Shown here piece after piece: positions 20,374-28,256 of a stretch of DNA of 32,000 nt (its first letter is position 1; every line of letters starts with the position of its first letter). The stretch comes from Candidatus Saccharimonadota bacterium (GTDB lineage: Bacteria; Bacteroidota; Bacteroidia; Flavobacteriales; Blattabacteriaceae), in contig NZ_CP093908.1 in NCBI RefSeq assembly GCF_024818015.1, forward strand, positions 120,001-152,000. The letters are read 5' to 3'. The position numbers were made by a program, and so were the translations under genes. Below the pieces are notes generated by a model that did not search any database, was not told where the DNA came from, and saw only the letters and a list, made by a program, of their open reading frames with translations.

Positions 20374-20695
20374 GGGGCTGTATTGGAATTGACATCTTGA
20401 TTAATATATAAGTAAGCATATCGTGTATATGTAATGTAATCACGTATTAAAATTTCATTACAAATCTATAAACGGCAAAAAAAATTACGCTCTTGCTGCT
20501 TAATCCTCTTTAAAATCTGTTTTAAGAATAGGAAAGATTGAGGTTCTAAATCTTTCTAAGAAGTTATAAGAACTAGATTCTAAGTTATAGATTCTTATCT
20601 CTAAACTTAGAATTAATTTTAATTTGATAAGATAAATATGTAGAAAACTTATAATATTACTTGTTTGGACACGGGTTCGAATCCCGTCAGCTCCA
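20374..20695 (+). ncRNA. ssrA: tmRNA (SsrA), compact form of about 322 nt
   Basis: 5' GGGGCTG pairs with 3' CAGCTCC, and a tRNA-like T arm is present (ACGGGTTCGAATCCCGT). The internal tag ORF at 20474-20503 is GGC AAA AAA AAT TAC GCT CTT GCT GCT TAA, giving GKKNYALAA*, a Bacteroidota-style tag. Confidence 0.9.
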
Positions 20696-20717
20696 CAAAA
20701 AATTTAATTTAAAAAAA

Positions 20718-21044
20718 ATGAAATATGAAACTGTTTTAATAATAACCCCTATTCTTTCTTCAGAAAACATTAAATTTACTACACTTGAATACATTAATTA
20801 TTTAATAATTAATAAAGCAAATTTAATGTTTGAAGAACATTGGGGTGTTAAAAAATTAGCATATCCTATAAAAAAAAATCTATATGGATGTTATCATATA
20901 TTTTACTATTCAGCCAATCCTAAATTAATCTACAATTTAGATTTAAAATTGAAACGTGATGAAAAAATAATTAGGTTTTTAACCGTTAAAATAGATAATG
21001 AGGCATTATCATATTATAAATTTTCTAAAAAAGATGTGTTTTAA
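20718..21044 (+). CDS. rpsF: 30S ribosomal protein S6
   Basis: MKYETVLIITP...WG.KKLAYPIKK...G.Y is S6-like, and the gene heads an rpsF-rpsR-rplI cluster. The track ORF's first 19 codons (20661-20717) read through the tmRNA 3' end and are spurious. Confidence 0.85.
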   Translation: MKYETVLIITPILSSENIKFTTLEYINYLIINKANLMFEEHWGVKKLAYPIKKNLYGCYHIFYYSANPKLIYNLDLKLKRDEKIIRFLTVKIDNEALSYYKFSKKDVF

Positions 21045-21056
21045 ATTTATTAAATT

Positions 21057-21464
21057 ATGAAAAAGAAAGTACAGAAAGTAGGAACTACTAAAGTTAAAGT
21101 AAAAATTTCTACACCTAAAATAGGTACGTTGCAATATCCATATGTCTCTCCCTCTCCAATAAAGAGAAAGATTGAATCTTATCCTTTAGTAAAAAATTTT
21201 TATGAACCGGAAATAAGGTATTTAACACCTCTTGAAATAGAAACCAAACCAGAAAACAAATATTGTTTTTTTAAAAAATATAATATAAAATATATAGATT
21301 TTAAAAACCCATCATTTTTAATTAAATTTCTTAATGAAAGAGGAGAAATTCTTCCTAGAAGAATTACAGGAACTTCTAAAAAATTTCAAAAAAAGTTAAA
21401 AAGAGCAATAAAAAAATGTAAACATATCGGTTTATTACCTTATTTAACAGATGGATTAAGATGA
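21057..21464 (+). CDS. rpsR: 30S ribosomal protein S18 with a roughly 40-50 aa N-terminal extension
   Basis: The conserved core is [77 protein letters not shown]. The only ATG is at 21057, far upstream of the core. The TGA stop overlaps the rplI ATG. Confidence 0.85.
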   Translation: MKKKVQKVGTTKVKVKISTPKIGTLQYPYVSPSPIKRKIESYPLVKNFYEPEIRYLTPLEIETKPENKYCFFKKYNIKYIDFKNPSFLIKFLNERGEILPRRITGTSKKFQKKLKRAIKKCKHIGLLPYLTDGLR

Positions 21465-21877
21465 ATATAATTCTTAAGAAAAAGATTTTAAATTTAGGGA
21501 ATAAATATGATCAAGTAAATGTTAAACCTGGTTATGCTAGAAATTTTCTATTCCCTAAAGGATCTGCAATTTTTTCAAATAAAAAGAAAAACTTCCCTTC
21601 ATTAAAAAATGAAAAAATAATAAAAAAATTGAAAAAAATCAAAAAAAAATTTCTCTTGAAAAAAGAGAATTGTAAATTATTGGGATCAATAACAAGTAAA
21701 AATATATCAAATTTTTTATCATCAAAATCTATTGAAGTAAAACAAAAATCCATTTTTATAAAAAATAAAAAAATTCAAAATTTAGGTATATTTAAATGTA
21801 TTATTTATTTTTCTAAATTGAAAAAAATAATCAAATTCAATTTTAAAATTGATTCTAAAAATAATATTAAATTATAG
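21461..21877 (+). CDS. rplI: 50S ribosomal protein L9
   Basis: N-terminal [35 protein letters not shown] is the L9 signature. The gene is third in the S6-S18-L9 cluster. Confidence 0.85.
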   Translation: MNIILKKKILNLGNKYDQVNVKPGYARNFLFPKGSAIFSNKKKNFPSLKNEKIIKKLKKIKKKFLLKKENCKLLGSITSKNISNFLSSKSIEVKQKSIFIKNKKIQNLGIFKCIIYFSKLKKIIKFNFKIDSKNNIKL

Positions 21878-22427
21878 ATCTATAATAGATTTTATCGTAA
21901 ATTAGTTTTTTTTTTATAAATATTTTTTTTTTTTTATAATTTTTTTTATATAATTTTCTAAATTCAGTAGACTTATTCAAGTTTTTATTTTTTTTTTTAA
22001 ATTCCTTTTTCTCTTTCTTAAGAAGCTTCTTTATAAGCTTCTTAAGAAGTTTATTTATATAAACCTTTATAAAATAATTTTTATATATTATTTTTTTTAA
22101 AGATATAAAATATAATTCATTTTTTAAATATTCTATTATAGCAATAGATGTAGGCTTTGATATTTTTTCAAATGTTTTAGATAGTTTAATTTTACCTTTA
22201 TTGGTAACAAATTCTTCAAATTGCTCATCTTCCTCGTAATATGAATTTTCATCAACGAATAATTGAAATTTCAGATTTAATAATAATTTTAAATAAATAT
22301 CTAGATGATCTGAACGTCTTGACAGAAGATTTATTACAGAATAAATACTTTTTCCGAAGTTTGAAATTTTTTTTAAATCCAAACTAAAGGTATCAAAAAC
22401 TATTTTTTTATATTTTTTTAAATTCAT
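21867..22427 (-). CDS. rpoZ: probable RNA polymerase omega subunit (Bacteroidota type) with a lysine-rich C-terminal extension
   Basis: It lies directly downstream of bamD, as in Flavobacteriia. The N-terminal 110 aa or so resemble flavobacterial omega ([16 protein letters not shown] ... [22 protein letters not shown]). The last 70 aa or so are K/I/L low-complexity sequence running through A8, A13 and A10 tracts. Confidence 0.5.
   Translation of the reverse strand: MNLKKYKKIVFDTFSLDLKKISNFGKSIYSVINLLSRRSDHLDIYLKLLLNLKFQLFVDENSYYEEDEQFEEFVTNKGKIKLSKTFEKISKPTSIAIIEYLKNELYFISLKKIIYKNYFIKVYINKLLKKLIKKLLKKEKKEFKKKNKNLNKSTEFRKLYKKNYKKKKIFIKKKLIYDKIYYRSII
22015..22048. repeat. perfect 14-bp inverted repeat (TTCTTAAGAAGCTT / AAGCTTCTTAAGAA) with a 6-nt spacer
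   Basis: Read directly. The arms are at 22015-22028 and 22035-22048, inside the rpoZ C-terminal extension and 138 nt downstream of the rplI stop. Confidence 0.85.
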
Positions 22428-22457
22428 TGGATTTCATTAAAGATTTAGTTAATTTTT

Positions 22458-23309
22458 TTAAATTAATTTCAATTTTCGATGGTAAAGATAAATTAATCTC
22501 ATCAAGAAAAGAATTTTCATTTTATCAATAAAATACGTATTATGTAATTTCATCGTTTCTTCAAAACAAGAATTTTCTTTTTGAATATTAAAAAAATCTT
22601 GATAATCATTAACCGAAGGTTTATATTTTTTTTTTATTAAAATATTGACTCTTTTTTCTTTTTTAAAGTAAGAAACGCATATCATTTTATCAATTTTGGG
22701 TAAGTATTTAGTATTAGGATAGTTTTTTCTTAAAAAAAGAAATATTTTTAGATATTTATTTCGGTTTTTTTTAAAAACGAAATAATCATTAGATTGTAAA
22801 TAATAACAATGAAAAATCTTTTCTTCTGCATTGTCTTTTAAAAGAATTTTAAAAAAATTAATTGCTAAATAAGATTTTTTTAAATAAAAGTTACATAAAG
22901 CAATTTTTTTTATTATATTATTATATAATTCTTTCTTAAAAAGAGATTTGTTCATAATATTATTAAAATGAATTAAAGCTTTTTTATAATATTTTTTTTT
23001 AAAAAGATACTCAGCCTCTGATGGATGATTCATTATTATGAATTTTTTTTTTTTTAAAAAAAACCTTTGAATAAGCGCATAATTTTTTCTTTGATAAAAA
23101 AAATGATATATTCTCTTTTTAAGAGAAATGTTCTGATGATATTTATTCTGATGATATTTATTCTGATGATTTAGTTTCTTAATATATTTCTGATTTTTCT
23201 TTGAATAGCTTTCCCCTTGACCTGATAAAAAATAAGGAATAAGAATTATAAATATAATTAAAATAGATTTAATTAGATTTTTCTTTTTATTTGTTTTAAA
23301 CATTTTCAA
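22458..23309 (-). CDS. bamD: probable outer-membrane assembly factor BamD (TPR-like)
   Basis: N-terminal hydrophobic signal-like segment (LIKSILIIFIILIPYFLSG), helical-repeat composition, and a dapA-bamD-rpoZ position as in Flavobacteriia. The sequence is highly diverged, and no lipobox Cys is visible. Confidence 0.45.
   Translation of the reverse strand: MKMFKTNKKKNLIKSILIIFIILIPYFLSGQGESYSKKNQKYIKKLNHQNKYHQNKYHQNISLKKRIYHFFYQRKNYALIQRFFLKKKKFIIMNHPSEAEYLFKKKYYKKALIHFNNIMNKSLFKKELYNNIIKKIALCNFYLKKSYLAINFFKILLKDNAEEKIFHCYYLQSNDYFVFKKNRNKYLKIFLFLRKNYPNTKYLPKIDKMICVSYFKKEKRVNILIKKKYKPSVNDYQDFFNIQKENSCFEETMKLHNTYFIDKMKILFLMRLIYLYHRKLKLI
23131..23170. repeat. 15-bp tandem repeat (TTCTGATGATATTTA x2 plus a 10-bp partial copy)
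   Basis: Read directly. On the minus strand it encodes NKYHQ-NKYHQ-N near the bamD N-terminus. Confidence 0.9.
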
Positions 23310-24201
23310 TTATATTTAACATATGATTATATTCAATATATAATTTTTTTTCTAAAGTTTGACTACCTTTATTTAAAGGTAACCTAACATATTTATGACA
23401 TAAGCCTTTTATCTTTAATAAAGTTTTAATTCCAGAAGGATTCCCTTCTTGAAAAACTAAATTTAAAATTTTAGATATTTTATAATATAATTTATATGCT
23501 TTATTAACTTTCTTTTTAGAAGCAAATTTATAAATAAAATCTAATTCTTTTGGAAAAGCTTGTCCAATTACAGAGATTATGCCATCTCCCCCCCCTAAAA
23601 CGATTGGTAATCCTATTGTATCATCTCCAGAAAAAACTAGAAAATCTTTTTTAATTTTCTGTTTTATCAAATTATATGATTGGATCATATTACCTGAAGC
23701 TTCTTTTATTCCGATAATATTATCTCTGTTATTAATTAATCTATTAATAGTTTCTAAATTAATATTAGTCCCAGTTCTATGTGGAACATTGTAAATTATA
23801 ATTTTAATATCTGTCTTTTCAGATATAGTTTTAAAATGATTATAAATTCCTTCTTGGGACGGTTTATTATAATAAGGACATACAGATAAAATAGCCTCAA
23901 AATTATCTAATTTAATAACTTTTAAAGTTAATAAAACGTCTTCAGTATTATTACTCCCCATTCCTAATACAATAGGAATCCTATTTTTAGAAATATTTTT
24001 AACACAATTAATAATATCAATCTTTTCTTTTAACTTTAATGTAGGCGTTTCACCAGTTGTTCCTAATAATACTAAATATTGAACACCTTCATCTATTACA
24101 TAAGATACTATCTTTTCAAGAGAAAGAAAATCTATTTCTCCTTTTTGATTAAAAGGAGTTACTAAAGCTATACCAATGCCAGAAAGATTAATATTTTTCA
24201 T
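23296..24201 (-). CDS. dapA: 4-hydroxy-tetrahydrodipicolinate synthase
   Basis: GIGIALVTPF, LLGTTGE, YNVP.RTG and IGIKEASG are DapA motifs, including the active-site Lys region. Confidence 0.9.
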   Translation of the reverse strand: MKNINLSGIGIALVTPFNQKGEIDFLSLEKIVSYVIDEGVQYLVLLGTTGETPTLKLKEKIDIINCVKNISKNRIPIVLGMGSNNTEDVLLTLKVIKLDNFEAILSVCPYYNKPSQEGIYNHFKTISEKTDIKIIIYNVPHRTGTNINLETINRLINNRDNIIGIKEASGNMIQSYNLIKQKIKKDFLVFSGDDTIGLPIVLGGGDGIISVIGQAFPKELDFIYKFASKKKVNKAYKLYYKISKILNLVFQEGNPSGIKTLLKIKGLCHKYVRLPLNKGSQTLEKKLYIEYNHMLNIIENV

Positions 24202-24243
24202 TTTTAAGTTAATTAAAGGCTATTATACTATAATATTAATAAA

Positions 24244-25299
24244 ATGGTAACAAAATCTAAAATAGATTTCATCTCAATTAATTTAAAAGAAATATTTCAT
24301 TATTTCAATATAGAACAAAAATCTCGATCGAGATTAGAAAAAGAATCACATAATTTTTGGGAAAAAATAAAAAAATCCAAAACTTTAATGAATTCTTTTT
24401 TTAAAAAAAAAAAAATATTAAATTATTTTTATAAGATAAAAGTATTATTAAATGAATTAAAAATTTTATTAGAATTTTTTCTTTCTGGTGAAGTAACAGA
24501 ATTAGAAATAGATTTGATTTATCATCAAATCGAAAAAATATTTTCAAAAATTGAATTTACAAAATTTGTCTTCGGAAAAGAAGATAATTTAAATGCTGTT
24601 TTACAAATTTCAGCAGGAGCTGGAGGAACAGAAAGTTGTGATTGGGCATCAATGTTATATAGAATGTATATTATGTGGGCAGAAAGACATAAATTTAAAA
24701 TAAAAAAAATAAATAGTTTCCAAGGAGACATAATTGGATTAAGATCTATTACTTTTATAGTAAAAGGATTATCTAGTTTTGGATATTTAAAAGGAGAAAA
24801 TGGAGTTCATAGATTAGTAAGAATTTCTCCATTTGATAATTCGAAAAGACATACATCATTTGCTTCTGTATATATATATCCATTAATTGATAATGATATC
24901 AACATCAAAATAAACCCTTCAGATATTTCATGGAATACCTTTAGATCCAGAGGATCTGGAGGGCAAAATGTAAATAAAGTTGAATCTGGAGTTAGATTGC
25001 ATCATCATCCTACTAATATAATTATTGAAAATTCTGAAACCAAATCACAATTTAATAATAAAATTAAAGCACTTAAATTACTTAAATCTCGTTTATTTTA
25101 CATAGAAAAAAAAAATAAAAGCCAAAACACAAACACTAAGTTAAAAATAGAATGGAGTTCTCAAATAAGAAATTATATTATGCATCCTTATAAATTAGTT
25201 AAAGATTTAAGAACTGGATATGAGACATCAGATATAGAATCAGTATTGAATGGAGAAATAGATATTTTTTTAAAAAAAAATTTATTACTATTAAATTGA
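24244..25299 (+). CDS. prfB: peptide chain release factor 2, encoded in a single frame
   Basis: The SPF tripeptide (RISPFD) and the GGQ motif (GSGGQNVNKVESGVRL.H.PT) are both present. 351 aa are contiguous from ATG 24244. An A13 run lies at 24403-24415. Confidence 0.9.
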   Translation: MVTKSKIDFISINLKEIFHYFNIEQKSRSRLEKESHNFWEKIKKSKTLMNSFFKKKKILNYFYKIKVLLNELKILLEFFLSGEVTELEIDLIYHQIEKIFSKIEFTKFVFGKEDNLNAVLQISAGAGGTESCDWASMLYRMYIMWAERHKFKIKKINSFQGDIIGLRSITFIVKGLSSFGYLKGENGVHRLVRISPFDNSKRHTSFASVYIYPLIDNDINIKINPSDISWNTFRSRGSGGQNVNKVESGVRLHHHPTNIIIENSETKSQFNNKIKALKLLKSRLFYIEKKNKSQNTNTKLKIEWSSQIRNYIMHPYKLVKDLRTGYETSDIESVLNGEIDIFLKKNLLLLN

Positions 25300-26012
25300 T
25301 GAATATTGGATTCATAGGATATGGAAAGATGGGACAATCTATAGAAAGACAAGCTAGATTGCGAGGACATAAAAAATTATTTATTACAAATAAAACCCCG
25401 ACTTATAAAGAATTAAAAAATTCTAAGATAGAAATGATCATAGAATTTAGTTCTCCTAAATTTGCTGTTTCAAATCTCATTATATGTCTTGAAAATAAGA
25501 TACCTATAGTTAGTGGAACTACAGGTTGGGATAGTGATTTTTTTTTTATAAAAAACACATGTAAGAAATATAATGGGTCATTTGTTTCTTCTCCTAATTT
25601 TAGTATTGGAGTAAATATATTATTTTCTCTTAATCAAAAGATAGCTAAAATAATGTCTAAATCTAATTTAGATTACAAAGTAAGTATAAAAGAAATACAT
25701 CATAAAAATAAATTAGATACTCCAAGTGGAACTGCTATTGCTTTAGCAAAAGATATAATTTTAGAAAATTATTGTGATAATTGGGGGTTAGTGTCTTTAA
25801 AAGAAAAGAAAAGATACATATCTATCTATTCCAAACGTATAAAAAATATAATAGGAATACATTCTGTATTATATGAATCAGATATTGATAGTATCGAAAT
25901 AAAACATATTGCTAATAATAGAACAGGATTTGCCTTAGGTTCTGTAATAGCCGCTGAATGGTTATATAAGAAATTTGGATTCTTTTCTATGAAGGATGTT
26001 ATTAAATTATAA
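25299..26012 (+). CDS. dapB: 4-hydroxy-tetrahydrodipicolinate reductase
   Basis: N-terminal GFIGYGKMGQ Rossmann motif, plus E.HH..K.D.PSGTA and SVLYES....IEI.H.A..R..FA.G. ATG 25299 overlaps the prfB TGA by 1 nt. Confidence 0.85.
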   Translation: MNIGFIGYGKMGQSIERQARLRGHKKLFITNKTPTYKELKNSKIEMIIEFSSPKFAVSNLIICLENKIPIVSGTTGWDSDFFFIKNTCKKYNGSFVSSPNFSIGVNILFSLNQKIAKIMSKSNLDYKVSIKEIHHKNKLDTPSGTAIALAKDIILENYCDNWGLVSLKEKKRYISIYSKRIKNIIGIHSVLYESDIDSIEIKHIANNRTGFALGSVIAAEWLYKKFGFFSMKDVIKL

Positions 26013-27315
26013 TATATTATTATTTCTAATAATAATCAAAATTCTCTATTTTCTAGGTACTTATAATTTATATTTAAAAAATGGTAGAAACCTTTTTGTA
26101 GCTGTTATTCCGATCTATAATCTCATTATTTTAATGAAAATCTTAAATAGACCAATATGGTGGTCTATCTTATTATATATTCCTATAATATTTTGTTTTA
26201 TATACCCTATTTTATGTTTAGATATAATAAATATTTTTGATAAATGTAGTAAAAAAGATAAAATGTTATTATTAATAACATTGGGAGGGTATATTATTTA
26301 TTTAAATATAAATCCAAATCCAAATCCAAATCCAAATCCAAATCCAAATCCAAATCTAAATATAATTAAAAAACGATCATCATCTATCTTTTTTTCTATT
26401 ATCTTTACTTCTATTATAAATATATATATAATACAACCTTTTGTAATTCATACTCCTTCTATGAAAGATAGTTTATTAGTGGGTGATTTTTTATTTGTAA
26501 GTAAACTCCATTATGGAATAAGAATTCCTATTACTCAATTATCTATTCCATTAATACATAATAATTTTTTAGGAATTCAATCTTATATCTCTTATCTAAG
26601 ATTACCTTATATTAGGTTACCTTGTTTTAAACAAATTAATCATAATGATATTATAGTATTTAATTTTCCAAATGATTTAAAAAAAAGACCTCTTGATAAA
26701 AAAGATTATTATCTTAAACGTTGTATAGGTTTACCTGGAGATATTTTATCTATTAAAAATGGATTAATATATATCAATGGAATTTTAGATAATAAAGTAC
26801 AAAAAAAAATTAAAAAATATATTTTACCCAAAAATTTAAAAGAATATAATATTTATCCAGAGAACAAATTATGGAATCGTGATAATTATGGTCCGATTTA
26901 TATTCCTAAAAAGGGGGATTATTTAAATCTAAATTTAGAAAATCTTTCTTTCTATAAAGATTTAATTACTAAATATGAAAATAGTTCATTAAAAATAAAA
27001 AAAAATAAAATATTTATTAATAATAAGGTACAATCTAAATATTTAGTAAATAAAAATTATTATTTTCTGTTAGGAGATAATAAAAATAATTCATTAGATT
27101 CTCGTTATTGGGGGCTGATACCATATGATCACATAGTTGGTAAACCATTATTTATCTGGTTAAGTATTTCAAAAAATGAATTTGTTCGTTGGAATAGATG
27201 TTTTACAATCATAAATAGTAAAACAGAAAAGAAATATTATATATATCATATAATGATAATTATTATTATTTATGAAATTAATTACTTATGTAAAAGAAGG
27301 AGAATCTCTAGATAG
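25996..27315 (+). CDS. lepB: signal peptidase I with an N-terminal multi-pass membrane (DUF5684-like) domain
   Basis: S26 catalytic motifs are TPSMKDSLLVGDFLFVSK (Ser) and YLKRCIGLPGD (Lys), plus GDN.NNS.DSRYWG. The N-terminal AVIPIYNLIILMKILNRPIWWSILLYIP matches the flavobacterial LepB N-domain. An NP x7 repeat sits in the linker. Confidence 0.85.
   Translation: MLLNYNILLFLIIIKILYFLGTYNLYLKNGRNLFVAVIPIYNLIILMKILNRPIWWSILLYIPIIFCFIYPILCLDIINIFDKCSKKDKMLLLITLGGYIIYLNINPNPNPNPNPNPNPNLNIIKKRSSSIFFSIIFTSIINIYIIQPFVIHTPSMKDSLLVGDFLFVSKLHYGIRIPITQLSIPLIHNNFLGIQSYISYLRLPYIRLPCFKQINHNDIIVFNFPNDLKKRPLDKKDYYLKRCIGLPGDILSIKNGLIYINGILDNKVQKKIKKYILPKNLKEYNIYPENKLWNRDNYGPIYIPKKGDYLNLNLENLSFYKDLITKYENSSLKIKKNKIFINNKVQSKYLVNKNYYFLLGDNKNNSLDSRYWGLIPYDHIVGKPLFIWLSISKNEFVRWNRCFTIINSKTEKKYYIYHIMIIIIIYEINYLCKRRRISR
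26311..26358. repeat. hexanucleotide microsatellite (AATCCA)x7 plus one degenerate unit AATCTA
   Basis: Read directly. It is in frame within lepB and encodes NPNPNPNPNPNPNPNL. Confidence 0.95.
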
Positions 27316-27466
27316 AGTATTAAAAAAATGTAAACAAAAATTTGATAAAGCTCGTATAATAAGAAAATTACGTGAACGTCAACAATATATAAAACCTTCT
27401 GAAAGGAAAAGAAAAATTTTAGCAAAAGCTAAGTATAGAGAATTTAGAAAACTTCTTAAGCACTAA
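27272..27466 (+). CDS. rpsU: 30S ribosomal protein S21
   Basis: V.VKEGESLDRVLKK.K.KFDK..I.R.LRERQ.YIKPSE.KR is S21-like. It overlaps the lepB 3' end by 44 nt. Confidence 0.85.
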   Translation: MKLITYVKEGESLDRVLKKCKQKFDKARIIRKLRERQQYIKPSERKRKILAKAKYREFRKLLKH

Positions 27467-27481
27467 AGTCAAGCTTTTAAG

Positions 27482-28256
27482 ATGATTAAAATTTATGGTT
27501 TAGTAGGTAAAAATATTAGTTATTCTTTTTCTAAATTTTTTTTTTCAAAAATTTAATATAAAGAATCTTAAAAAGACTTTTTATACAATTTTTGATCTTA
27601 AAAGAATTAGATATATTAATATCTTTCTAGAAAAAAAAAACCAAATTAAAGGATTAAATATTACTATACCATATAAAAAAAAAATCATCAATTATATTGA
27701 TTTAATCAATATTAATTTCTTAAAATTAGAATCCATTAATACAGTTAAAATTTTAAGTAAAATTACTATAGGTTATAATACAGATATATATGGATTTGAG
27801 AATTCTTTTAAATTTAAACGTCAATCATATATTGCTAATGCTTTATTATTAGGTAATGGAGGAGTATCACAATCTATTATTTTTGTTTTAAACAAACTAG
27901 GAATTAAATATATAGTGGCTTCAAGAAACCAATATACAAGATATTGTATTTTATATTCAGAGATTGATATTAATCTAATTAATAATTATAACACAATTAT
28001 TAATTGTACGCCATTAGGAACATATCCAAATATTAATATTTGTCCTAATATACCTTATATGAATATTTCAAATAAATCTTATCTATATGATTTAGTTTAT
28101 AATCCTAAAGACACTTTATTTATTAAAATAGGAAAAAAAAAAGGATCCATTATTAATAATGGAATTAATATGCTTTATTTACAAGCAAATCTTTCTTGGA
28201 AAATCTGGTATCAAATATTTGATTCATCAATTTATGAAAGAATATTACAAATATAA
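27482..28256 (+). pseudogene. aroE: shikimate 5-dehydrogenase, interrupted by a single +1 frameshift in a T10 tract (otherwise intact)
   Basis: ATG 27482 gives MIKIYGLVGKNISYSFSKFFFSKI*, stopping at 27554. The frame starting at 27546 is open to 28256. It encodes QKFNIK...GLNITIPYKKK...SINTV...GYNTDIYGF...LLGNGGVSQSI...INCTPLGT...YDLVYNP.DT.F...G..ML..QA, covering all the AroE motifs. The two frames join at T10 (27536-27545); a T9 tract would be in frame. Confidence 0.85.

Noticed and set aside
20661-20717. The N-terminal 19 codons of the track's rpsF ORF (MFGHGFESRQLHKKFNLKK).
   Set aside because: These codons are the tRNA-like 3' end of the tmRNA (GGACACGGGTTCGAATCCCGTCAGCTCCA) read as protein. 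The S6 homology begins at ATG 20718.
24202-24243. A TATAAT-like hexamer (24229-24234) as a promoter in the dapA/prfB divergent spacer.
   Set aside because: In sequence this AT-rich, TATAAT-like strings occur by chance everywhere. Bacteroidota promoters also use a different consensus (TAnnTTTG at -7), which I did not find convincingly. There is no basis for a call.
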